Source of the DNA: the human T2T-CHM13v2.0 reference genome, Homo sapiens
Reading direction: 5' to 3' (one strand)
Length of the DNA stretch: 64,000 nucleotides
Assembly (NCBI RefSeq): GCF_009914755.1
Contig: NC_060928.1
The position numbers and the translations under genes were made by a program. Shown here piece by piece: positions 1 through 17,827 of the stretch; position 1 is the stretch's first letter, and every line of letters starts with the position of its first letter. The notes under the pieces are model-generated. The model searched no databases. It had not been told where the DNA came from and saw only the letters and a list, made by a program, of their open reading frames with translations.

Positions 1-669
1 TAGCTACCACACCTGGCTAAATTATCTTTTTTAAAATTTTTTGTGGAGTTGAGGTTCTCACTATATTGCCCAAGCTGGTGTCAGACTCCTGGGCTCAAGC
101 AGTCCTCCTGCCTCAGCCTCCCAAAGTCCTGGGATTACAGGCATGAGCTACTGCACCCTGCCTATCTGACATTTTTTATATATGGCAGCTTTATGGGATT
201 GATAGTATTCTTGTTTCACAGATCCAACAGTTGCAGCTGTGAAGAAATTAAGTAACTTTCTCAGTATCAGTAACTTGGTGGTGGAACAGAGGTTTGAAAC
301 CAGGTCTGTGCGTCCAAAATATTGGTGGTTATGGTAGAAAGAGTTATACTCATATCTGCTGCTTGCTCCCTACATTTTTGAAGATTTTTTTAAAACTAAG
401 AAATACTTTATACTTAGAAGTTTTAAAAGTAATACGTGAACATCTTTATATCTGTGGTCCATATTTAACAGATAGTAATCTTCTCATACTGTGGGCTAAA
501 CTGCCTCTACCCAAATACTGTAAAACATAGAGGTAAAGCTCACTGGATAACTTTTTTCTTATTCCATTTTTTCTTTCTTTCTAGGAGTATCTGCTATGTG
601 AAGTTAGTGTATATCCTTCCCCTTCATATTTTTGTTTTTACTGTTAATATCTCCTGAATTTAAAAATAA

Positions 670-961
<292 letters not shown>

Positions 962-1705
962 TAGCCTGGATGGTCTCGATCTCCTGACTTCATGATCCGC
1001 CCGCCTCGGCCTCCCAAAGTGCTGAGATTACAGGTGTGAGCCACCGCGCCCGGCAGCATTATTTTTTAAAGATCTGTGATAGTGCATGTTGTGCTAGTTC
1101 TTTAATATAGACTATATTGTATTCCATGTCAGTTTTTAAAGTTTATTTCCCTATTGATGGCATTTAATTCCAACTTTTAGATAAAAGGATGTACTGGACA
1201 TTTTTATAATTTTTTGGGGAACATGTAAGAGTTTTTCTAGGAAGTAGATTTGTAAGACCTGAGCGTATTTTCAGCTTCTGCCTGACTGGACATTGCTTCA
1301 CTGTTCTCCAGATGATTGAATCAATTTACATTCCCACTAAAAGAGTTCTGCCCGGGAGAGGTGGCTTACTCCTGTAATCCCAGCACTTTAGGAGGCAAAG
1401 GCGGGCGGATCACCTGAGGTCAGGAGTTCCAGACCAGCCTGAACACCATGGAGAAACCTCGTCTCTCTACTAAAAATACAAAAAATTAGCCAGGCATGGT
1501 GGTGCATGCCTGTAATCCCAGCTACTTGGGAGGCTGAGGTGGGAGAATTGCTTGAACTGGGGAGGCAGAGGTTGCATTAAGCCGAGATTGCGCCATTGCA
1601 TTCCATCCTGGGCAAGAGAGGGAGACTCTGTCTCAAAAAAAAATAGTCACTATTTTTTGTAAGACTATCTCAGGAAAAAAAGAGGAAGGGAAAAAAAAAA
1701 CGTAG

Positions 1706-2144
<439 letters not shown>

Positions 2145-2472
2145 TGAGATTATAGACGCATGCCACCACGCCTGGCTAAGTTTTGTATTTTTAGTACAGA
2201 CAGAGTTTCACCATGTTGGTCAGGCTGGTCTTGAACTCTTGACCTTGTGATTCGCCCACCTCGGCCTCCCAAAGTGCTGGGATTACAGGCGTGAGCCACC
2301 GCACTCGGCCTACATTTTTAAGACTTATGTTTTTGTCACTATGATGGATGTGAAATGGTGGTTTATTCTAATTTTTACTTCCCTAGTCAGTAGAGATATT
2401 AAGCATGTTTTGTGTTTATTGGCCATTAGGCTTTTGTAAATTTAGTGTTTACTTTTTTTTTTTTTTTTTTAA

Positions 2473-2610
<138 letters not shown>

Positions 2611-2873
2611 TAAGCCTGGCTAATTTCGTATTTTTAGTAGAGACGGGTTTTGCCATACTGGTCACACTGGTCTCTAACTCCTGACCTCAGGTGATCCGCC
2701 TGCCTCAGCTTCCCAAAGTGCTGGGATTACAGGCGTGAGCCACCATGCCCGGCCATGTTTACATTCTTTAACTGCTTTTTTAAAAATTGGATGGTTTGGC
2801 CTGGGCAACAAGAGTGAAATTTCATCTCAAAAAAGAAAATTAGGTGGTTTGTAGTTTTCTCCTTCTTCTGTAG

Positions 2874-2904
<31 letters not shown>

Positions 2905-3159
2905 GAGACAGTTCTTGCTCTGGAGTAAGGCTGGAGTCTTGTTCTGGAGTCAGGGTTTCGCTTTGTTAGCCAGGCTGGTCTCTTCCTGACCTCAGGCAAT
3001 CTGCCCATCTCGGCATCCCAAAGTGCTGGGATTACAAGCGTGAGCCACTGTGCCCAGCCAGATTTGTAGGAATTCTTTATGTTATTTATATGATATTGTC
3101 TATCTTACATTATGTGGCTTGATTTTTAATTTTGGCTTATCTTTTTATGCTTTTTTTTT

Positions 3160-4349
<1,190 letters not shown>

Positions 4350-4399
4350 TAGTAGAGACGGGTTTTACCATGTTGGCCAGGATGGTCTCGATCTCCTGA

Positions 4400-4876
<477 letters not shown>

Positions 4877-4975
4877 TGACCTCGTGATCCACCTGCCTCG
4901 GCCTCCCAAAGTGCTGGGATTACAGACGTGAGCCACCGCGCCCGGCCAGCTAATTTTTAAAAAAAATTTTTGTAG

Positions 4976-5245
<270 letters not shown>

Positions 5246-5888
5246 TAGTCAATTTTTTTCTGGTGTATTTTACTTATTGTCCTCCTTTTTGTCTTACAGA
5301 AGTTTAATTTTAAGGTATTCAGATTTTATCTTTTCCTACATGGTGTGTTTTTTGCATTTTAAGAAGTCTTCTCCTACTTTGATATTAATAAAGGCATTCT
5401 CGGACCCAGGTCACTGGTTGGCCTGACCTCCTGCTCTGGAGGCACTGTGCCGGAGGACCCGTTTTTTTTTATTTGTTTATTTTTTTAAAGACATTCTTCT
5501 GTATTTGGTTTTTAAAAGTTAATTCATTTTCTTAACTTCTGTACTCAGGTTTCTCTCTCTACCATGTCATACTGAAACTGCTCCTTCAGGCAGTACCTTC
5601 CCAATTACAGAACACAGAGTGAGTTCTCGTGATCATCCATTTTGTACATGTTCCTTCAGCATTTCCATTTCCATCTTAGAACTCTCCTCCTTTGGTTGCT
5701 CTGATACTGCTCTTTTCTGATTTTCCTCTAACCTCTGTTACTATCCTTTATAAAATATTGTCACTGATTTACCTTTCATCCTCCACTTGTCTCTGGAATG
5801 TTTGTTTTCTCTTTTTTATTCCTTTTGTTAATACCATAGGTCAGGTTTTTATATCTCAGGATGGACTATTTATTTATTTGAAACATGG

Positions 5889-5920
<32 letters not shown>

Positions 5921-6050
5921 ATCCAGGCTGGGGTGCCGTGTTGTGATCACAGCTCACGCCGCAGTCTTAACCTGTTGGGCTTAAGTGATCCTCCCACCAC
6001 AGCCTCCCAAGTAGCTGGCATTACAGGCATTTGCCACCATGCCTGGCTGA

Positions 6051-6239
<189 letters not shown>

Positions 6240-6392
6240 TAATCCCAGCGTTTTGGACGGCTGAAGCAGGAGGATTGCTTGAGCCCAGGAGTTTGAGACC
6301 GATCTGGGCAACATAGTGAGACCCTGTTTCTACAGAATATTTAAAAAATGAGGCCAGACACGGTGGCTCACGCCTGTAATCCTAGCACTTTA

Positions 6393-6689
<297 letters not shown>

Positions 6690-7299
6690 CTACTCTGGAT
6701 GCTGAGGCGAGAGGATCCCTTAAGCCTGGGAGATCGAGGCTGCGGTGAACTTTGACTTTGCCACTGCACTTCACAGAGCCAAGACCCTGTCTTTAAAGAA
6801 TAAAATAGAATAAAAGTTTGCTTATGTACATTTATTTTTCTGCCTTCAGTCTCTCCCAGCTTTTCTTTTCTTTCTTTCTTTTTTTTTAAGATGGACTCTC
6901 GCTATATCGCCCAGGCTGGAGTGCAGTGGCACAATCTTGGCTCATTGCAACCTCCATCTCCCGTGTTCAAGCAATTCTGCCTCAGCCTCCTGAGTAGCTG
7001 GGATTACAGATGCATGCTGCCACACCCGGCTAATTTTTGTGTTTTAAGTACAGACAGGGTTTCACCACGTTGATCAGGCTGGTCTTGAACTCCTGACCTT
7101 GTGATCCGCCCACCTCAGCCTCCCAAAGTGCTGGGATTACAGGCGTGAGCCACCACGCCCAGCCTCTCCCAGCTTTTCTAGTCAACCCTAATGGTGCCAT
7201 GCCACTGGATTTAATTTTAAAAATACAATGTTACATCATTCTCTGTTAGGTTTTCCAGTGCCTATGGGGATAAAGTCAAAACCTTTATACTATTGTTCT

Positions 7300-8701
7300 T
7301 GTGTCCGGAATTGGTGGGTTCTTGGTCTCACTGACTTCAAGAATGAAGCCACGGACCCTTGCGGTGAGTGTTAACAGTTCTTAAAGGCGGCGTGTCCGGA
7401 GTTTGTTCCTTCTGATGTTCGGTTGCGTTCGGAGTTTCTTCCTTCTGGTGGGTTCGTGGTCTCGCTGGCTCAGGAGTGAAGCTGCAGACCTTCGCGGTGA
7501 GTGTTACAGCTCTTAAGGCGGCGCGTCTGGAGTTGTTCGTTCCTCCCGGTGGGTTCGTGGTTTCGCTGGCTTCAGGAGTGAAGCTGCAGACCTTTGCGGT
7601 GAGTGTTACAGCTCATAAAGGCAGTGTGGACCCAAAGAGTGAGCAGTAGCAAGATTTATTGCAGAGAGCAAAAGAACAAAGCTTCCACAGTGTGGAGGGG
7701 ACCCGAGTGGGTTGCCACTGCTGGCTCAGGCAGCCTGTTTTTATTCTCTTATCTGGCCCCACGCACATCCTGCTGATTGGTCCATTTTACAGAGAGCTGA
7801 TTGGTCTGTTTTACAGGGAGTTGATTGGTCCGTTTTGACAGGGTGCTGATTGGTGCGTTTACAATCCCTGAGCTAGACACAAAAGTTCTCCATGTTCTCT
7901 AGATTAGCTAGATACAGAGTGTCGATTGCTGTATTTACAAACCCTGAGCTAGACACAGAGTGCTGATTGGTGCATTTACAAACCTTGAGCTAGATAAAGA
8001 GTGCCGATTGGTGCATTCACAATCCCTTAGCTAGACATAAAGGTTCTCCAAGTCCCCACTAGACTCAGGAGCCCAGCTGGCCTCACCCAGTGGATCTCGC
8101 ACCGGGGCCACAGGTGGAGCTGCCCGCCAGTCCTGCGCCATGCGCCTGCACTCCTCAGCCCTTGGGCAGTCGATGGAACTGGGTGCCGTGGAGCAGGGGA
8201 CAATGCTCAGGCCACGCAGGAGCCCACGGCAGGGGGGCAGGACTCAGGCATGGCAGGCTGCAGGTCCCGAGCCCTGCCCCGTGGGGAGGCAGCTAAGGCC
8301 TGGTGAGAAATTGAGCGCAGCGCTGGTGGGCCAGCACTGCTGGGGGACCCGGCCGCATCCTCCGCAGCTGCTGGCCTGGGTGCTAAGCCCCTCACCGCCC
8401 AGGGCCAGCAGGGCCAGTCGGCCGCTCAGAGTGCTGAGCCCGCCAAGCCCACGCCCACCTGGAAATCTAGCTGGCCTGCAAGCGCCGTGCGCAGCCCCGG
8501 TTCCCACCCGTGCCTCTCCCTTCACACCTCCCTGCAGGCTGAGGGAGCCGGCTCCGGCCTCGGCCATCCCAGGAAGGGGCTCCCACAGTGCAGCGGTGGG
8601 CTGAAGGGCTCCTCAAGTGTGGCCAGAATGGGCACTGAGGCCGAGGAGGCACCAAGAGTGAGCAAGGGCTGTGAGGGCTGCCAGCACGCTGTCACCTCTC
8701 A
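7300..8701 (-). mobile_element. Solo LTR12 (LTR12C-like; HERV9/ERV9 LTR), complete, 1402 bp
   Basis: Minus strand starts TGAGAGGTGACAGCGTGCTGGC and ends ...CCACCAATTCCGGACACA; 4-bp TSD TTCT (7296-7299, 8702-8705); tandem CCAAT repeats and U5 tandem repeats. Confidence 0.95.
7738..8011 (-). promoter_or_regulatory. LTR12 U3 promoter/enhancer: six intact CCAAT boxes plus AATAAAA TATA-like box
   Basis: GATTGG on + at ~7775, 7799, 7823, 7848, 7965 and 8006 (one degenerate at ~7924); TTTTATT at ~7739-7745. ERV9 LTR CCAAT repeats are known NF-Y sites; activity here is not shown. Confidence 0.7.
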
Positions 8702-10396
8702 TTCTGACCTACCTTTCCTGACCTATTTCCTGTTAAGTCACAGATACACACTTGCATTCCTACACATACCTCAGACTTTCAGTCTCCCTCAAACCTTCAG
8801 CAATACAAAATTGCTTGCTATTTAGTTGTTTCATCTGTCTGGAATAAGCCCTTATCTTTTTTCTTTACCTTTCGAAACCTACTTGTCCTAAAATACCACC
8901 CCTGGTAAGCCTTTCTTGAAGCCAAAGTTTCCTTCTGTTTTTCATTGTCAGACTTCATGAGAGCAGTTATCTTACTATTGATAATTGTACATATGTCCTT
9001 CTACTCCTGGTAGATTAAACTCCTTGAGGGCTCATATTCATTTTTTTCTCTTTAGCACCTTGTAGGGTTCCTTGAATGTAGAAGCCTTAGTAATTTAAAG
9101 CACACCAAAAAAGTCTTTGATAGGTATCTAATTTTGAGGAGCTGCTGCTAAAAGTGCTCTTAGGACATAGGTTTAGGGCAGGCTTCCGTTACTTTTAGCA
9201 AATGTGTGATTATGGATTTTTCTAGTGATTAGAAATGTAGGACCAGCTAGTCTATGTACTCTTTTCTCTCAGTTAACTATGGGTGTCTTGCTTTTAGGTT
9301 TCTTTGTTTCAAGTGAAGCATCTTACTTGGTTTTGTCATACCCAATTTTGGGTTGTCTGATGCTGTTGCTTCTCAGCGAGCTGATAATAAAACATTTTAT
9401 GCTTTTTCTTAAATCACTGTAGTGACTTAGTTTTTGTTGTATAGAATATAGCACAGTTTTTGCCTCCTATTAGACATTCAGTTATTTCCAGTTTCTTGAT
9501 AGTGTACATGTGTGAGAATTTTGAGTGTATATCTCTGAAAGTGATACATACTGAGTGGTCATTGAGTGTTGGATGAAATTTTAGGTGTTTATATTGTTAG
9601 GTGCTTTCTTTCCATCTGCCCATAGGCACTGTGAATGTGAGTCATTGAAAGCAGAGTTCTTTCTCACTGATCTTCCATTCCCCATTGCTTAGCACCATTG
9701 CCTGCTAAGCAGGAGATACTTGTTTTCCTGAATGAGTTTAAGGATATTCCTAAGCTCTAGAGAGCTCATCCCCAACCATTGTGAAAGTTTCATCCTGATT
9801 CTGGGACTAGGAAGAGTTGAATATATTGATAAAGGTGGCCTCCAGGTAAAGTTGGATTTCTGTTGCATGTAAGTGTTAATAATGTAGTCAGGTCTTGAAT
9901 TAGGATGATGGAATGTCCAAGCCCAAAACTGGGAAACAAGATAGTGGGAAGGTAATTTTTTTTTTTTTCTGTAGTTTTCCCTTTTGAAGATCTCACTGGC
10001 ATCTATTTAGTATATATGACATCATCTGTGGTTCAATTCTTTAGTGTAACTTTACATTTTTTATTTATTCACATATTTACTGAATGCTACCTATGTTAAT
10101 AAAATGGACATGATCCTTGCTGTTATGGAATAAATTATGGCTCAGTAAGGCAGTGAGAAATTGAACAGCTAATAAGTGTGTTTGTTGACTTTAAGTAAGG
10201 GGACCTATGGAAGTTGGGTATTCTAGCCTCAGGGAAAGAGTTTCTTGGGAATAACCGGTAACTGATACTTACAGGATAAATTAGAATGACCATGATCAAC
10301 TCTGTATACGTATAGATAGTTAATAATCATTTTACAATGAATAATGGAAAAACATTTTATTGTTTTTTTCTATGTATATATGTTTTTATTTATTAG

Positions 10397-10639
<243 letters not shown>

Positions 10640-12185
10640 TAAAATGCTGAGATTACAGGCCTGAGCCCCTGCCTGGCCAACTTCTGTTTTTCTTTTTTTC
10701 TTTTCCTGATGGACTGTCCTACGACTGTTTTTATTTTTTTAACCAAAACTGCGTCATAACCTCTTCTTGGTTTAAGGGAGGCTAGGAAATCTTCTTTAGT
10801 TGAGCACAGTACTCCTCAATTAAAATGAGAGTTTCTTTAGTAGGGAAGAAGGAAAAAAGAAAGTTGATTAGACAACTAGCCATGTAGAGGGTAGAGGGGC
10901 AAGAATGAACTCAGGATCATTTAGGAAACCTTTTTAGGTAGCTTAGGCAAGAAATTATTGTAGTATGGGGCTAGAGTTGAATAGGGAGCCGAAGAGAAGT
11001 TATAAGTATTTGGGAGACCCTCTGTCACCCAGGCTGGAGTGCAGTGGCTCAATCACAGCTCACTGCGGCCTCAAACTCCTGGTCTTAAGTGATCTTCCTA
11101 CCTCAGTCTCCTGAGTAGCTGGGACTACAGGCACGTGCCACCACGCCCTGCTAATTTTCATATTTTTTTTTGTAGAGATGGGGTTTCACCGTGTTGCCCA
11201 GGCTGGTCTTGAACTCCTGGGCTCAAGCAATCTACCTGCCTCGGCCTCCCACAGTGCTGGGATTATAGGCATGAGACACCATACCCAGTCAACTTTTAAC
11301 TTTTTATCAATAAAATTTTGAAGAGAAAAGTCGAAAGGACAGTACACTTGTATCCCCACTAGCTAAGATCATGTTGCTCTCATGAATATAATTCACTACC
11401 AAAAACTTGAGCATGCATCTCTTAAAAATAATATTCTTTTGGTTGGGCATGGTGGCTCACTCTGGTAATCCTTGCACTTTAGGAGGCTGAGGCAGGAGGA
11501 TAAGTTGAGCCCAGGAGTTTGAGACCAGTCTGGACAACATGACAAAAGCCCGTCTCGACAAAAATAGAAAAAAATAGTTGGGTGTGGTGGCATGTGGCTG
11601 TGGTCCCAGCTGCTTGGGCAGCCGAGGTCGGAGGATTGCTTGAGCCCAGTAGGTACAGTGCCATGATCATGGCTCACTGCAGCCTCTGCAGTCCGGCCTA
11701 GGTGACAGAGTAAGACCCTGTCTCCAAAAAAAACCCCAAACTTCTATTTTTCAGTTGACTTAAAAAAAAGTCTTATCTACGTAACGTTCACAGATTGTAT
11801 ATAATTGTATTCTTGGGTCTTTTACAATTTATGATTGTTAACCCCTTCACATACCTTTCTTTTTTTCTCATCTCATTAATACTGAAAATCCTGATGTCTG
11901 TGATTCCTAGTTTAGGTGTAAAGGTTTGATTAGCTTCAGGTTAAACATTTTGGTAAGAAGATCCCAAGTGATGTTGTATACTTCATATTGAATCATATTA
12001 GTACATGTGTAATATCAGATTTTCTTACTGTTATTGATGCTTGGTCACTTGTTTAATCATTTGATTAAGGTGGGAACTACAAGATTTCTTTGTAAAGGTA
12101 CATTTTATGCTCTTTGCAATTAGCAAGTAAAGGATGGATTACTTCTTTGGCATCCTGGAAATAATCTTATTCCCAACATCCTTTT

Positions 12186-12598
<413 letters not shown>

Positions 12599-12967
12599 TA
12601 GTAGAGATGGAATTTCACCATGTTGGCCAGGCTGGTCTCAAACTCCTGACCTCAGGTGATCCACTCACCTCTCTTTTTTCTTTAATTTTTTTTTTTTGAG
12701 ACAGTGTCTCACTGTCACCCAGACTGGAGTGCAGTGGTACAACTTCAGCTCACTGCACCCCCTGCCTTCCAGACTCCAGGAATCCTCCCACCTCAGCCTC
12801 CTGAGTAGCTGGGACTACAGGTATATGCCACCACACCTAGATAATTTTTTTTTTTTTTAAGTAGAGACAGGATTTCACTATATTGCCCAGGCTGGTCTCG
12901 AACTAAGCTCAAGCAATCCACCTGCCTCGACCTCCCAAAGTGCTGAGATTACATGCATGAGCCATGA

Positions 12968-13207
<240 letters not shown>

Positions 13208-13461
13208 TAGCCAGGGTGGTCTCAATCTCCTGACCTCATGATCCGCCTGCCTCGGCCTCCGAAAGTGCTAGGATTACAGGCGTGAGCCACTGCACGTGGC
13301 CTGTCTGCTCTTAAAGAGATTAATAAATTAGAGGGAAAACTCAGAATGTCTTTGTAATTTAAATTTTTGTTAAGGGAAAATAATAACATTTAAAATAATT
13401 GTTTCTCTGTGTTAATAATGGGTACTGTACAATTTCCTTTTTTAAAAAATATATTTTTTGA

Positions 13462-13920
<459 letters not shown>

Positions 13921-14419
13921 TAGAGGTGGGGTTTTGCTGTGTTGACTAGGCTAGTCTCAAACTCCTGGGTGAATCCTCCTGCCTTGGCTTCCCAAAGTGC
14001 TGGGATTACAGGTATTAGCCACTGCACCCAGCCCAAACTGTATTTTTTTGTCTTCTAGTACACCTTGTAATTTTTTATTGAAAGCTGGGCATGGGCCGGG
14101 CATGGTGGCTCATGCCTGTAATCCTAGCACTTTGGGAGGCTGAGGCAGGTGGATTGCCTGAGTTCAGGAGTTCAAAATCAGCCAGGGCAACATGGTAAAA
14201 CCCCGTCTCTGCAAAAAAAAAAAAAAAAAAAAAAATACAAAAATTAGCTAGGCATGGTAAGTGCATGCCTGTAGGCCCAGCTACTTGGGGGGGCTGAGGC
14301 AGGAGGATCACTTTAGCCCCGGAGGCAAAAGTTGCAATGAGCTGAGATGGCGCCACTGCCCTTCAGCCTGGGGGACAGAGTGAGACCCTGTTTCAAAAAA
14401 AAAAAAAAATGCTGGGCAT

Positions 14420-15350
14420 GTTTTACTAGGTAAAAGTAACTGAGATACATAAGCCTTTAGTGTGAGGCATTACGTTTATCTGACTTAGGATTGGGCTGTG
14501 TTTTGTATTAACATTTTTTGTAGCTGTAGGTGTGAGAACTAATATTTCCTCCAGTGTTCTTATTTTTGTTTACTTTGTTGTCTTGGGGTTCCTTAGAGAC
14601 TTCTTAAATAAGATCTGAGACATGCAGTTATATATTTTTCTTTTTTAGTTTTTTAATTCCTTGCAAGTATTGCACAAATGCAGTTCTTTGAGTAACGTCC
14701 TGTTGTTATACAAAAGCCTTCGTGGCCAGGCATGGTGGCTGACAATTGTAATCCCAGCACTTTGGGAGTCCAAGGCAGACAGATTGCTTTAGCCCAAGAA
14801 TTTGAGATTTGTAGACAAATGGAGACATGGCGAACCGTCTCTACAGAAAATACAAATATTAACCAGGCATGGTGTCATGCACCTGTACTCACAGCTACTC
14901 AGGAGGCTGAGGTAGGATCATCTGAACCCGGGAGGCAGTTTGCAGTGAGCCATGATCATGCCACTGCACTCCAGCCTGGGTGACAGAGCAAGACCCTGTC
15001 TCAAAAAAAAAAAAAAAACAAAAAAAAAAACACCTCTTGATAGTAAGGTTTCAGTATTCTGTTGTAGTCTTTTAGTGAATCTGTGTACCTGGGCTGTGAT
15101 ATTCACAGTTGCTTCTCAGTTCACACTTCCTCCTTAGTTGAGATTGGAAGGCTGGGATTGGGTTTTTCACTTCCCTTGGGTCAGTTAGCTCTGATAAAAC
15201 TCCAGTTGGTTAACCTCTGGTGAAATCTTTTCTCTTGAAGGCAGGCCTTTTTAAAAAGAACAGATTACTTTGGAATTACTTCAGAATGGCTACTTTCCCC
15301 CTTCCCCCTGCCAGAAGCATGCAGGGAATTTTCTTCCATCCTCACTGTGA
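14420..15350 (-). mobile_element. Old L1M (L1MC-like) fragment interrupted by an Alu
   Basis: gcctttagtgtgagg...gggctgtgttt and ttcagaatggctactttcccc...cctgccagaagca motifs. Confidence 0.5.
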
Positions 15351-15609
15351 GAACCTCCTGCGTTCAAGTGACCCTCCTGCTTCAGCCTCCTGAGTATCTG
15401 GGACTACAGGTGCACACCACCATACCTGGCTAATTTTTGTATTTTTAGTAGAGAGCAGGTTTTGCCATGTTGCCCAGGTTGGTCTTGAACTCCTGGGCTC
15501 AAGCAGTCTGTCCACCTTGGCCTTCCAAAGTGTTGGGATTACAGGCATGTACCACCACACTTGGCCTTTTTTTTTAAAATAGTATTGTAAATATTTGGGT
15601 TTTTAAAAT

Positions 15610-15815
15610 AAAACATTTATTCTCAGAGTTGTGGAGGCTAGAAGTTGGAAATCAAGGTGTCAGCAGGGTCAGATTGCCTCTGAAACCTCTGGGGAATCCT
15701 TCCTTGCCTCTTCCTAGTTTCTGTTGGTTTGCCAGCGTTTTTGGTGTTCCTTGGCTTGTAGATGCATCACCCCAATAATCTGTCTTTATGTGGCATCCTC
15801 CCTATATGTCTGTCT
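15610..15815 (-). mobile_element. MLT1 MaLR LTR fragment
   Basis: tttattctca...ggaggctagaagt...aatcaaggtgtcagcaggg...ttccttggcttgtagatgcatcac is typical of MLT1B/C. Confidence 0.7.
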
Positions 15816-16028
15816 TAACATGTTGACCAGGCTGGTCTCGAACTCCTGACCTCAGGTGTTCTACCTGCCTTGGCCTCCCAAAGTGCTGGGATTACAGGCG
15901 TGAGCCATCGTGCCTGGCCTGTTTTTACTTTTTAACTTTCTGCTAAAATTTTTAAACTTGTACTGAAGTTGAGAAAATAGCATAATAGATATCATCACCC
16001 AGTTTCTTTTTCTTTTTCTTTTTTGTAG

Positions 16029-16397
<369 letters not shown>

Positions 16398-17590
16398 TAG
16401 TAGAGACAGGGTTTCACCATGTTGGTTAGGCTGGTCTCAAACTCTTGACCTCAGGTGATCTACCCACCTCAGCCTCCCAAAGTGTTAGGATTACCAGCGT
16501 GAGCCAATGTGCCTGTCCCCTTCTAGATTATTTTGAAACAAATCTTCTGAGTTATTTTGCAGCAAACCCCAGAATTCTGTCATTGTACAGTGAATAATTC
16601 ATTGTGGATCTTTAACATACAAGGACATTTTTATGAAACCAAATCAATTGTCTTATTATGTCCAACAAAAGAAACACTAATTTTTGAATATGTAATGACA
16701 CAGTACATGCTCAGGTTTCCTTGACTTCTGACTTACCTTTTTACAGTTACGTTATTCTTCTTAATGGTTGTAATCATTTAGTTTACTTTCTAGTCCTTTT
16801 ATGTCACAAGCAGTCTTAGAGTACAAATGTTATATCACATACAGAGGATTGTATTGTGTAGGAAAAACATGGACAACAAAGACTGAATTGAAAAGGTGAT
16901 ACTGGAGAGTAGGACTTGATGTGAAGAAGTTTGAGGAGTAGCTTTGACTGTTTTTCTTTTCTCTTTAATAATCTTAAAGGTTTCTTATGGGGGGAGCGCT
17001 GAGACAGGATACACCACAGTCACCCAGGCAGGAGTGCCAGTGGTAAGATCACGGCTCTCTGCAGCCTGGGATTCCTGGGCTCAGGTGATTTTCCCACTTC
17101 AGCCTCCCGCATTGCTGGGACTATGGCCATGCACCACCACACCCACACCTACCTAATTTTTTTGTAGAGACAGGGTTTCACCATGTTGTCTGGACTGATC
17201 TTTTTTTTTTTTTTCCATAAGGATAGAGATGGGCTGGTCTTGAACTCCTGGGTTCAAATGATCAGCCCATCTCCACCACCCAAAGAGCTGGGATTACAGG
17301 TGTGAGCCACTGTGCCTGGCCTAATCTTAGGATTGAAGTATATAAATTCTAAAAGTTGAGTAAGTGTATAATAAAAACTGAGTGATAAAGTATTGTGTCA
17401 TGGTGTAAATGGCAGTGTTTTTTTCTTACTGGCATACATTGAGATGTCCTCTAACTGAAATCTTAGAAGTGAGCCGGGTGCAGTGGCTCACGCCTGTAAT
17501 CCCAGCACTTTGGGAGGCTGAGGCAGGCAGATCATAAGGTCAGGAGTTCGAGACCAGCCTGGCCAATGTGGTGAAACCCTGTGTCTACTA

Positions 17591-17827
<237 letters not shown>

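Noticed and set aside
7770-8030. Regularly spaced short repeats resembling a CRISPR-like array
   Set aside because: These are the known tandem CCAAT enhancer repeats of LTR12; the spacers are themselves repeated and the DNA is eukaryotic.
8090-8825. Overlapping GC-rich ORFs up to 154 aa
   Set aside because: They lie in the GC-rich U3 of LTR12, where stop codons are depleted by composition.
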